Below, piece after piece: positions 22,496 through 30,973 of a DNA stretch of 64,000 bases. Position 1 is the first letter of the stretch, and each line of letters starts with the position of its first letter. A program made the position numbers and the translations under genes. The stretch is from Sphingomonadaceae bacterium. GTDB taxonomy: Bacteria > Chloroflexota > UBA6077. The notes beneath the pieces are model-generated. The model saw nothing but the letters and a program-made list of their open reading frames with translations, ran no database searches and was not told where the DNA came from. The stretch covers positions 1-64,000 of the forward strand of contig JBLNDL010000013.1 of NCBI GenBank assembly GCA_050261575.1. Reading direction: 5' to 3'.

Positions 22496-22918
22496 CTATG
22501 CCTCCCCAGTGCCTTCCCTCCCCTCTTCGTGCTCGTGGACGCGGGGCGGTAGCTCCTCGTAGAGCGCCGGCCCCTCCTCGGGAACCTCACCGGTCTCCTT
22601 AGCGACCCTGTACTTGGAGAGTAGCTCCGCCTTCTTCTCCGCTGCCGCCTCTTTGCCTTCCTCGACGGCCTCGAGAATGCGGGCCTTCTGGCCCTCGATC
22701 ACGGACTTTCCGAGGGTGATCAACTCGTCCGCTTCCTCTCGGGCCCTGGCGGCTACCTCCTCTGCCTTGACCTTCAGTTCGATCCCTTTATCCATAAGGG
22801 TATCCCTGGTCTCTTCGCCGCGTTGCGGGGTCAGCAACAAGGCAACCGCGGCACCGACCAGGCCTCCAAGCAGGAAACCGGAAACGAAGCCTCCGCTCCC
22901 GCTCTCTTCCGACCTCAT
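22496..22918 (-). CDS. YtxH-domain protein
   Basis: GFLLGGLVGAAVALLLTPQRGEETR signature. Confidence 0.9.
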   Translation of the reverse strand: MRSEESGSGGFVSGFLLGGLVGAAVALLLTPQRGEETRDTLMDKGIELKVKAEEVAARAREEADELITLGKSVIEGQKARILEAVEEGKEAAAEKKAELLSKYRVAKETGEVPEEGPALYEELPPRVHEHEEGREGTGEA

Positions 22919-23262
22919 CTGTGACCTCCGTCCTTGGACGTACTGGATGCTCCGAAGAGCGCGGTTACGAAGCCCTTGGCACCCGCGACCGCGCTGACAA
23001 CTTGGACCACCGGGCTGACGACCGTGTCGCTGAGAAACTCCGCCGAGCCCTTCACCGTCGTGGCCGTCTCGCTGGCCTTCCCGGCCGTCTCCCTCGCTGA
23101 GTCGAGCACCGCCCTGCCTACGGCGCTGAACTCCTCGGTCTTGGACCTGACGAAGCCCATCAACTGGTAGGCCTTCCAGGCGATGAACAGGAGAACCAGC
23201 AGGAGGAGGATGGATTCGAAGGCCAGGATGATGATGGCGACGTCACGAATTGTCGCGATCAT
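22915..23262 (-). CDS. Membrane-anchored helical protein (YtxG/DUF948-like)
   Basis: IRDVAIIILA TM, GGGAGG SD, 4-bp overlap with the YtxH gene. Confidence 0.75.
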   Translation of the reverse strand: MIATIRDVAIIILAFESILLLLVLLFIAWKAYQLMGFVRSKTEEFSAVGRAVLDSARETAGKASETATTVKGSAEFLSDTVVSPVVQVVSAVAGAKGFVTALFGASSTSKDGGHR

Positions 23263-23293
23263 GAGCGAATACCCTCCCGATTTAGGGATGCTA

Positions 23294-23599
23294 TCACAGT
23301 CGCAGCGACCGCGCAACGAAGAGGATGACCCAAGTAGCCAGCGTGGTCGCGACCACGTTGACGTCGCCGAGCATCGGCCCCGAGCCAGGCAGGTGGGCGC
23401 CGACCGTGAGCCCCATGAGGGCCGCGCCGGACCCCAGCACCAGATACGGAAGGAAGAGCTTCAGCCCGCGACCGAAACGGAGATAAAAGAGACAGGTGTT
23501 GACGATGCCGAGAAGGGCTCCCACGTAGTAGGGCGGTGGGACTTTGGAGATGATGGGCGTGAGGGTGTTCAGAAAGCGCAACGTCTGCTCTTCAATCAT
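23294..23599 (-). CDS. Small multi-TM hypothetical protein
   Basis: About three hydrophobic segments; start uncertain. Confidence 0.6.
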   Translation of the reverse strand: MIEEQTLRFLNTLTPIISKVPPPYYVGALLGIVNTCLFYLRFGRGLKLFLPYLVLGSGAALMGLTVGAHLPGSGPMLGDVNVVATTLATWVILFVARSLRL

Positions 23600-24127
23600 C
23601 TGCGCCCATGCCCACCGCGACGCCACCCACCGATTCGCCACCTCGGCTACAATCGAAGAAGTGAAGCTAAAGAGGAATGTAGCATGAGGCGGAAACAAGC
23701 GTCAATCCTGGCTACGGCGAGGATCAGGGCTTGGGGCGTCCAGAGCGTCATGCCTAGCACGGCGCGGACCCCGCCGAGGGCGTGCTGAGGGGCCGCCCTG
23801 GACCCCCGACCACGAAGGAAACGAAGAGGCACCCTTCGCCCACGGCACGGGTGACGACGGGAAGCCTCCAGGAGCGGCGTTCCGCGAATGCGTCGCGCGT
23901 GGGACGGGCGCGGCCGCGAGGCTGTGCTCGCTCGCCTCGCGTGCCCTCTCGCGTTAGGTGTGCCCCGCTGCCCGGCCCATCGGACGCGTCCGGCTGCGGG
24001 GGACAAAACCCCCGCCCTATCGGATGGGACCTGTGGAACGGCGCACCAAGCGGTTGGGGCGGGGCGCTGGCTCAGTGGAGGCAGGGTTGGTAGAATGCGC
24101 GCACTCGGATCTCAGAGGTGGCACGGA

Positions 24128-25849
24128 ATGGCTGAGTGGGCCTGGCGAATAGCAGAGCCGCTGACGGACGGCTCGGCGCCGGATCTGGAGGTGTGGCCGT
24201 GGCCACTGCCGCAGCTACTGTTCAACCGCGGGCTTCGGAGCGCCCAGGAGGTGGAGGAGTTTCTCTACCCAGAGACCATCGGGCTGCACGACCCGTTTCT
24301 GCTGCGGGGGATGGATGTCGCGGTGGACCGGATCTGCAGGGCTCTGCGAGATGAGGAACTGATCGGACTCTACGGCGACTTCGACGTCGACGGGCTCACA
24401 TCCGTGGCGCTGCTGGCCGGTCTGTTGGAGTCGGAGGCGCTGCAGGGGCACGTGGTTACCTACCTGCCTCATCGCACCAAGGAGGGATACGGCCTCAACT
24501 CGGAGGCGATCTGGCGGCTGGCGCAGACCGGGGTCCGACTGCTGGTGACCGCCGATTGCGGCGTAGGCGCGGACCGAGAGGTGCGACTCGCCGGCGAGCT
24601 GGGGATGGATGTGATCGTCACGGACCACCATCTGGTCGCGGAGGGGCCGCCGCCGGCCCTGGCGGTCCTGAACCCTCGACAGGGTGGATGTGAGTACCCC
24701 TGCAAGGACCTGGCCGGAGTGGGAGTGGCCTACAAGCTGGCTGAGGCGGTGCTGTCCAGGGTGTGGGGTCTGCAGGAGGCGCGGCGGCGGTTGGAGCCAG
24801 AATTGGACTTGGTCGCGCTCGGGACCGTCGCGGACCTGGTGCCCCTGGTTGGGGAGAACCGGCTGCTGGTGAGACTGGGGCTGCCGCGCATCCAGCAGGG
24901 AGGGCGGACGGGGCTGCGGGCGCTGATGGGCACGGCAGGGTACGCCGGTCGGCCGATCGACGCGGACTCGATCGCCTACGGGCTGGCTCCTCGGCTGAAC
25001 GCGGCCGGGAGGATGGGGGATGCGCGCCTCGGCCTCGACCTGCTCACCTGTCGCTCCGAGGATCAGGCGAACCGCATCGCCGAGCAGTTGGAGGCGGCCA
25101 ACCGAGAGCGCCAGGCCGCGACCGCCGCGGCCATCAACTGCGCACGGAAGGAGCTATCCCGTCTGGCCGAACTGCCTCCCGCGATCGTCGTCGCCGGGGA
25201 CTATTCGGCGGGGGTGGTGGGGCTTGTGGCGAGCAAGCTGGCAGAGGAGTTCCAGCGACCGGCGTTCGTCGTCGAAGTGGGGCCGACCGAGAGCCGCGGA
25301 TCGGGGCGTGGGGTGGCAGGCTTCGACGTGGTTCGGGCGCTGGCCGCGTGCTCGGACCTGCTCCTGCGGTTCGGGGGGCACGCGCAGGCCGGCGGCTTCG
25401 CAGTCCCGACGCCGCTGCTCCCAGCCGTCCAGCAGCGATTGGAGGCGGCTGCTGCCGAGCAAATCGAGGAAGCTCCCAGCGCGAGAGAGCTGTTCCTGGA
25501 GGCGGGGCTGGCGCTGCGGGAGATAGGACCCTCCCTCTACCACGGGTTAAGCCTGCTGGAGCCCTTCGGATCGGGTAATCCTCACCCTGTCTTCTACACC
25601 ATGTGCGCGCAAGTTCGGGAAGCACGGATCGTGGGATCGAACCACCTGAAGCTGTGGCTGTCGGACGGCAGTGGCACATCCTCTGCCATTGGGTTCGGGA
25701 TGGGGATCGAGAGGTTCGATTTCGCGCGGCGCGGCAGCTACGTCGACTGCGCCTACACCATCTCCCGCAACGAGCGACACGGCACCGTCGGGTACGAGAT
25801 GGTGCTGAAAGACCTGCGGCCTTCGACGGGCAGGTCGCCCGCGCTGTGA
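24128..25849 (+). CDS. recJ: ssDNA exonuclease RecJ
   Basis: YGDFDVDG, EGYG, TADCG, TDHH, GTVAD, PRLNAAGR, GGHAQAGG. Confidence 0.96.
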   Translation: MAEWAWRIAEPLTDGSAPDLEVWPWPLPQLLFNRGLRSAQEVEEFLYPETIGLHDPFLLRGMDVAVDRICRALRDEELIGLYGDFDVDGLTSVALLAGLLESEALQGHVVTYLPHRTKEGYGLNSEAIWRLAQTGVRLLVTADCGVGADREVRLAGELGMDVIVTDHHLVAEGPPPALAVLNPRQGGCEYPCKDLAGVGVAYKLAEAVLSRVWGLQEARRRLEPELDLVALGTVADLVPLVGENRLLVRLGLPRIQQGGRTGLRALMGTAGYAGRPIDADSIAYGLAPRLNAAGRMGDARLGLDLLTCRSEDQANRIAEQLEAANRERQAATAAAINCARKELSRLAELPPAIVVAGDYSAGVVGLVASKLAEEFQRPAFVVEVGPTESRGSGRGVAGFDVVRALAACSDLLLRFGGHAQAGGFAVPTPLLPAVQQRLEAAAAEQIEEAPSARELFLEAGLALREIGPSLYHGLSLLEPFGSGNPHPVFYTMCAQVREARIVGSNHLKLWLSDGSGTSSAIGFGMGIERFDFARRGSYVDCAYTISRNERHGTVGYEMVLKDLRPSTGRSPAL

Positions 25850-25932
25850 TGCCTCGCCCCGGACCGATCTTCGTCTGCGCTGTCGATCCGCGGCTACCCG
25901 CGGGTGGCGAGGGGACGGCGGTGGAGGGAGCG

Positions 25933-26592
25933 ATGAACGAGAAGCGGGAAGTGGCGGCCGAGAGGCGGGTGGTCAAGGGAAAGAAGGTGCGGCGGCTTCG
26001 GAGGCAGGGACTGGTTCCGGCGGTCCTCTACGGCCACCACCTGGGTTCGATATCGTTGCAGGTCGACCGCGATGTGATGAGCGAGATCCTTCGGCGTGGG
26101 GAGACCTCCTCTCTGCTTCAGCTTCGGATCGGGCGTGAGAAGCCCATGCAGGTACTGATCAAGCAGTTCCAGATGCACCCCGCCAGGCACGAGCTGCTCC
26201 ACGTGGACTTCTTCGGGGTGTCGCCAAGAGAGAAAGTGAGGGTGCAGGTTCCGCTACGTTTCGTGGGGGAGGCGCCGGTGGACGAGACCCACGACGTGGC
26301 TATCGTGAGGCAGATGGAGCAGGTGGAGGTGGAGTGCTACCCAGCGGACCTGCCCAGGGCGATAGAGGTTGACCTGTCGCTGCTGAGGGACCTGCATTCC
26401 ACGATACGCGTCCAGGACCTGGCCGCCGGTCCGGGAGTGGCGATTGTGGACGATGGAGACGAGGTGGTGGTGAGCGTGACTCCCACCGCGAAGGAAGTGG
26501 TCGAGACGCTCGAGGCTCAGGCGAAGGAGGCGGCAGAAGAGATGGCCGAGACGGCCGGGGGCGCCGTCGAGGAGATCGAGCGCGCGGCGTAA
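25933..26592 (+). CDS. rplY: 50S ribosomal protein bL25/CTC
   Basis: RLRRQGLVPAVLYG, LLHVDF, C-terminal CTC domain. Confidence 0.95.
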   Translation: MNEKREVAAERRVVKGKKVRRLRRQGLVPAVLYGHHLGSISLQVDRDVMSEILRRGETSSLLQLRIGREKPMQVLIKQFQMHPARHELLHVDFFGVSPREKVRVQVPLRFVGEAPVDETHDVAIVRQMEQVEVECYPADLPRAIEVDLSLLRDLHSTIRVQDLAAGPGVAIVDDGDEVVVSVTPTAKEVVETLEAQAKEAAEEMAETAGGAVEEIERAA

Positions 26593-26921
26593 GCAGCCAG
26601 GCTGTCGTGGTCCGCTTCTTGCGATAGAAGGAGTCGAAGGGATCGGGATCGAGTACCTTCGACTTTCTCCTCCTCCCACAGTTTGGCGGGGTGGGACCGG
26701 AAGGTCTCGCCCCGCCAAATGGCCCTCTTTCTGGTGACCGATGGCTTCTCGTGTGCGTGGTCCACGGAGACTTGTGGCTATGTCCCATTTCCCCGCGAGC
26801 AACGGTTTCGACCCTGGCGCACCTGCTCCTCTCTGGCCTGACTGTGGCATGTCCCTCACTGCCCCGAGGACAGTTCCCACGGGAGGAGGAGGCGGTTGCC
26901 AGCTTTCCCCGCGAGCGCGAC

Positions 26922-26949
26922 TTGACAGAATGCGGCAGAAGCGTATAAT
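26922..26949 (+). promoter_or_regulatory. Consensus sigma70-type promoter
   Basis: TTGACA-16 bp-TATAAT. Confidence 0.85.
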
Positions 26950-26956
26950 GGCGCTT

Positions 26957-26970
26957 AGAACTAATGTTCT
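26957..26970. promoter_or_regulatory. LexA (SOS) box, GAAC-N4-GTTC type
   Basis: AGAACTAATGTTCT at the expected transcription start. Confidence 0.85.
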
Positions 26971-27078
26971 GGTTCCGGGTGGGCGGTGCCGCCCGTCGGT
27001 GTGCCGTGGGCCGCATCGGCGGACCCGGAGCCGCCGGTTCGCCGAGGTACGGTTTAGCACGAGAGGAGGACGGTTAGC

Positions 27079-27783
27079 ATGAGCGAGGTATCGGCGAAGA
27101 CCGAGATGGCTGAGGGGGCGGAGGTCAAGCGGGAGAAGGGTGCCTCTGCAAAGGATGACAAGCGAGTCGAAAGGCACTTCGATCCCGGCAAGTATCTGCG
27201 CAAGCTTGGCGGCAAGGACTACCTCGAGGTGAAGTGGCGGCTGCTGTGGCTCCGTACGGAGCATCCGGACGCCGCGGTGCATACAGAGTTGGTGAAGCTG
27301 GAGGACGGTTTCGCCCTGTTCAGGGCTCGGGTGGCGATACCCGGCGGGGGCGAGTCCACCGGGTGGGGGTCGGAGACGCGCCAGGACTTCTTCGACTACA
27401 TTGAGAAGGCCGAGACGAAGGCCCTCGGCAGGGCGTTGGCTGCGCTGGGCTATGGGACGCAGTTCTGCGAGGATTTCGACTTCGCGGCGGGGTCGGCTGG
27501 GAACGCGCACGTGGTGGACTCACCCGTGGACCTGTCCCAGACCACCGGCTCGGGGCAGCAGCCCCAACGGCCGACGCCTTTGCCACAATCCACCAGCTCG
27601 CTGGCCACTCCGGCGCAGCTCAAGCTGATCTACCTCACCGCCACCAGGGACCTCCACATCACCGAGGAGGAGTTGGAGGAGAGGTGCCAGGCCCAGTACG
27701 GGCGGCTTCCGCTCCACCTGACCAAGCGGGAGGCATCCGAGTTCATCGACTCGTTGAAGGGCAACCGGACTGTGGCGAGCTAG
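27079..27783 (+). CDS. Rad52/Sak-like single-strand annealing protein (putative)
   Basis: KDYLEVKWRLLW...ALFRARV...TGWG...EKAETKALGRALAALGYG; C-terminal ATPAQ...LTKREASEFID domain. Confidence 0.75.
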   Translation: MSEVSAKTEMAEGAEVKREKGASAKDDKRVERHFDPGKYLRKLGGKDYLEVKWRLLWLRTEHPDAAVHTELVKLEDGFALFRARVAIPGGGESTGWGSETRQDFFDYIEKAETKALGRALAALGYGTQFCEDFDFAAGSAGNAHVVDSPVDLSQTTGSGQQPQRPTPLPQSTSSLATPAQLKLIYLTATRDLHITEEELEERCQAQYGRLPLHLTKREASEFIDSLKGNRTVAS

Positions 27784-27834
27784 GCGGTTATCTCCAGGCC
27801 ACGTGGACCTGAGCGCGGGATCGCTGCGGCCCGC

Positions 27835-27862
27835 TTGCATATTGTCATGACAACTGTATAAT
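27835..27862 (+). promoter_or_regulatory. Promoter with embedded palindromic GntR-like operator
   Basis: TTGCAT-16 bp-TATAAT with perfect palindrome TTGTCATGACAA (27842-27853) in the spacer. Confidence 0.75.
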
Positions 27863-28051
27863 GGGGCCGGGTCTTCTAACTGGAAGGCCCGGCCCCTCCG
27901 TTTCAGTGCGGGCGCCGCTGGGAATCGGCACGAGGGCGGGCAGTGTGCCCCAGGCCCCTGGAGTGAGAACGCGTTTTCAGGTGTCGTTCCCGCCTGGGGG
28001 CGTTGCCGCACCACCATTCAGGGCGCGTGGAGCCCCGGAAACAGGCTCCGG

Positions 28052-28876
28052 GTGATGGAGTGCATGGCTGCGAATAGAGGTGAGGCGACTCCGACCGTTC
28101 CCGGTAAGGACGCGGCGGGCGACGTCGTGGAGTTGGTGCGCGTTCCCCTCGCCGCCGGAGAGGGCCATGCACCCCTCTACCACCAACTGAAAGAGCTGCT
28201 GCGGGATAGGATCGAGTCCGGCGAGTGGCGGCCCGGGCAGAGGATCCCGCCTGAGCGGGAGCTTTGCCTCGCCTTCAACGTCAGTCGCGCCACCACCACC
28301 CAGGCCCTGAAGGACCTCGAGCGGATGGGGCTGGTGGAGCGGCGCCAGGGGAGTGGCACCTTCGTCGCTCGACCCAAACTGGTGCAGAGCCTCGTGGACT
28401 TCTACAGCTTCACCGAGAGCACGCTCGCTCGCGGTCTGACCCCCACCGTCAGGATCCTCTCCCTTGAGGTGGTCCTGCCAACGCCGCGCCAGGCCCAGAT
28501 GCTCAGACTCGAGGCCGGCGACCGGGCGATTCGGATCGAGCGTCTCCGGCTGGTGAACGGTGAGCCTGTGCTGTTGGATGTGTGCCTGCTCCCACAAGGT
28601 CTGTGTCCAGACCTTGTGAAGGGGGATCTGGAGCGGCGGCTCCTCCACGATGTGCTGTTGGAGAAGTATGGGATCCGCGTGGTGGAGCAGGAGAAGTGGG
28701 TGGAGCCGGTGGTGCTGGACGACTACGAGGCCGGGGTTCTTCAAACGAAAAGGAACGCACTGGGCCTGTTGGTGGAGAGGCTTGCCTACGCGGAGGGAAA
28801 GCGGCCGGTGGAGTTCCGGAAGATGCTGGTGCCTGGCCACCGGTGCAAATACGTTGTGGAGGTGAACAGACCATAG
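28052..28876 (+). CDS. GntR-family regulator, HutC/UTRA subfamily (start uncertain)
   Basis: PLYHQL...IPPERELC..FNVSRAT...RRQGSGTFV; UTRA-like C-terminus. Confidence 0.92.
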   Translation: MMECMAANRGEATPTVPGKDAAGDVVELVRVPLAAGEGHAPLYHQLKELLRDRIESGEWRPGQRIPPERELCLAFNVSRATTTQALKDLERMGLVERRQGSGTFVARPKLVQSLVDFYSFTESTLARGLTPTVRILSLEVVLPTPRQAQMLRLEAGDRAIRIERLRLVNGEPVLLDVCLLPQGLCPDLVKGDLERRLLHDVLLEKYGIRVVEQEKWVEPVVLDDYEAGVLQTKRNALGLLVERLAYAEGKRPVEFRKMLVPGHRCKYVVEVNRP

Positions 28877-28913
28877 GTTAATAGTCGCGCGTCGCAGGGG
28901 CGGGACTAGATCC

Positions 28914-28983
28914 AAGCAGGCATCTCCAGGTTGAGTACACGTTCCCGGCTGGAGAAGTCGTCACGAACTGGGGATACCTGCTT
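28914..28983 (+). repeat. 70-bp terminal-inverted-repeat element, copy 3
   Basis: AAGCAGGCATCTCCAG...CTGGGGATACCTGCTT. Confidence 0.9.
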
Positions 28984-29104
28984 CGAGCGGGAATGGCCTT
29001 GCCTTTTTTCGGCAGAGGGTAAGTATGGACAGGATGACATAGCAATAACTGGGCAAGCGGATAGTGCTACATCAGCACCTTTGTATGGGGAGGCTTGCTG
29101 TACT

Positions 29105-30109
29105 GTGGCCGATAGCTCTCCTATCCCGTTGCACACTCGTGCCGTCTCCATCCTAGAGGCTACCTTCGGGCTGGTGTCCAACAACCGCTGGTTGCTCCAC
29201 AATCCCGAGTTCTTCAGCGAGTACAAGATGCAGTGCTTGCTGACCGACGTCTATCGGGTGGATGACATCCCCTTCGGCCCCAACCTGGACGCCTACCTGT
29301 ACCTCATCGACCAGCCCAACCTTCCCCCAAGCATCAAGGTGACCGAGCGCGAGATCTGGTGTGCCGGTCCCTTCACCCAGATGGACGCTGCGATGGCGGA
29401 TCGGCGTTACAGCGTGTTCGGCAACCTGGGCCTCTTCTTCAAGTACGCGATGGCGACGCTGGAGCGCCGCCACGGAATCTACAGCTTCCATGCCTCGGCG
29501 ATGTACGTGCCGGAGCGGCACGAGCTGATAGCGGTGATCGGCGGCGCGGGCGCTGGCAAGACGGTGCTTATCCTGGAGGGGCTCAGCCGCGGCTACCAGA
29601 TCTTCACCGTGGAGATGCTGCACTTCGCCTTCCGCGAGGAGGGGATCGTGTTCTTCAAGGGTGCCCTGATGGACAACATCAGGGTCGGCAACCTGATCCA
29701 CGACTTTCCCAGAGCGGCGGAGCGGCTGGGGGCCAGGATCCCAGAGGTCCAGGACGTGTGGGGGACGAAGATCGCCATCGATTTCCGTCCTCTTGCTCCC
29801 GAGAGCGACACCATTGTGAACCCCAAGCTGACCCTTCTCTTTCCTCGCATCGAAGCCGGGCGGGATCCGGCGATCATCAACGACATCACCAATCGCTCCA
29901 AGCTGAAGTGGATGCTGTTCAACAACGCCACCGAGAAGATCGGTGGCACGAACCTCTTCTACGAGGCGGTGACGGTGGACACCATGGACACACCGGAACT
30001 GATGGAGCGGCGACTGAGGGCTATGGAGCGACTGGTGTCGGGCGAGGTCGAGATCCTTCGCGCCAAGTCCATCCTGGCGGGAACCCACAATTGTATGGAG
30101 GGTATCTGA
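29105..30109 (+). CDS. HprK/PEPCK-like P-loop kinase of unknown function
   Basis: FHASAM followed by Walker A GGAGAGKT; GTG start behind GGGGAGG; TGATG overlap with the next gene. Confidence 0.7.
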   Translation: MADSSPIPLHTRAVSILEATFGLVSNNRWLLHNPEFFSEYKMQCLLTDVYRVDDIPFGPNLDAYLYLIDQPNLPPSIKVTEREIWCAGPFTQMDAAMADRRYSVFGNLGLFFKYAMATLERRHGIYSFHASAMYVPERHELIAVIGGAGAGKTVLILEGLSRGYQIFTVEMLHFAFREEGIVFFKGALMDNIRVGNLIHDFPRAAERLGARIPEVQDVWGTKIAIDFRPLAPESDTIVNPKLTLLFPRIEAGRDPAIINDITNRSKLKWMLFNNATEKIGGTNLFYEAVTVDTMDTPELMERRLRAMERLVSGEVEILRAKSILAGTHNCMEGI

Positions 30110-30906
30110 TGAAGTCCTTCGAGGGTGTGTTTGCGACCCCCATCTCCGGCAGGAGCGTCAAACCCCGGAAGACCGGCTACACCATGGTAATCGACAAGGG
30201 GCTCGGCCTGCAGGCCACCAGGGACCTAATGGACACTGCGGCCGACTACATCGACTCCCTCAAGCAGACCTTCGGCACCTCCGCGTTCTTCGACGAGCGG
30301 CTGATGCGGCAGAAGATCGAGATCGTGCGGGCGGCAGGGGTGAACGTGTACCCTGGTGGCACCTTCCTCGAGATCGCTGTCTGGCAGGGCAAGGTGCAGG
30401 AGTACCTGAGCCGGGTGAAGGAGTTGGGCTTCACCGGCGTGGAGGTTTCCGACGGCACCATCGAGATGTCCGACGCCCAGCGGCACGACGCGATCAAGAG
30501 GGCGGTGGACATGGGCTTCCTGGTGATCAGCGAGGTGGGCAAGAAGGACCCTAGCGACAAGGTCGCCTACCCCAAGATGCACGAGGACATCAAGAACGAT
30601 CTGGAGCTGGGTGTCCACAAGGTCATCGTGGAGGCCCGAGAGTCCGGCAAGGGCGTTGGCATCTTCGACGCATCGGGGAATCCAGATGGGGCGGAGGTGG
30701 ACGCGATCATCAGCGGCGTCAAGGACCCCAACGACCTGATCTGGGAAGCGCCCCTGAAGAACCAGCACGTGTGGCTGATTAAGCGGTTCGGCATCAACGT
30801 GAACCTGGGCAACGTGCCTCCGGAGGAGGTGCTAGTGCTGGAGGCCCTTCGTAACGGGATGAGGGGCGACACCCTGAAGATGGCCTATCTTGGGAAGGTG
30901 AGGTAG
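30109..30906 (+). CDS. comA: Phosphosulfolactate synthase (ComA family)
   Basis: KPRKTGYTMVIDKG, GGTFLE, EVSDG, SEVGKK, EARESG, WEAP, VNLGN, LEALR.G.RGDT. Confidence 0.92.
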   Translation: MKSFEGVFATPISGRSVKPRKTGYTMVIDKGLGLQATRDLMDTAADYIDSLKQTFGTSAFFDERLMRQKIEIVRAAGVNVYPGGTFLEIAVWQGKVQEYLSRVKELGFTGVEVSDGTIEMSDAQRHDAIKRAVDMGFLVISEVGKKDPSDKVAYPKMHEDIKNDLELGVHKVIVEARESGKGVGIFDASGNPDGAEVDAIISGVKDPNDLIWEAPLKNQHVWLIKRFGINVNLGNVPPEEVLVLEALRNGMRGDTLKMAYLGKVR

Positions 30907-30973
30907 CCGGCAGTGGCCCTACGCGGGGGGCTGCCGATCGGCCTGGTGGGGACGAGGTAGATGCCTTATCATT

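Noticed and set aside
29359..30108. Apparent 250-aa N-terminal extension on ComA in the ORF track
   Set aside because: It overlaps the kinase gene in another frame; a GGAGG SD and ATG at 30109 give a normal-length ComA
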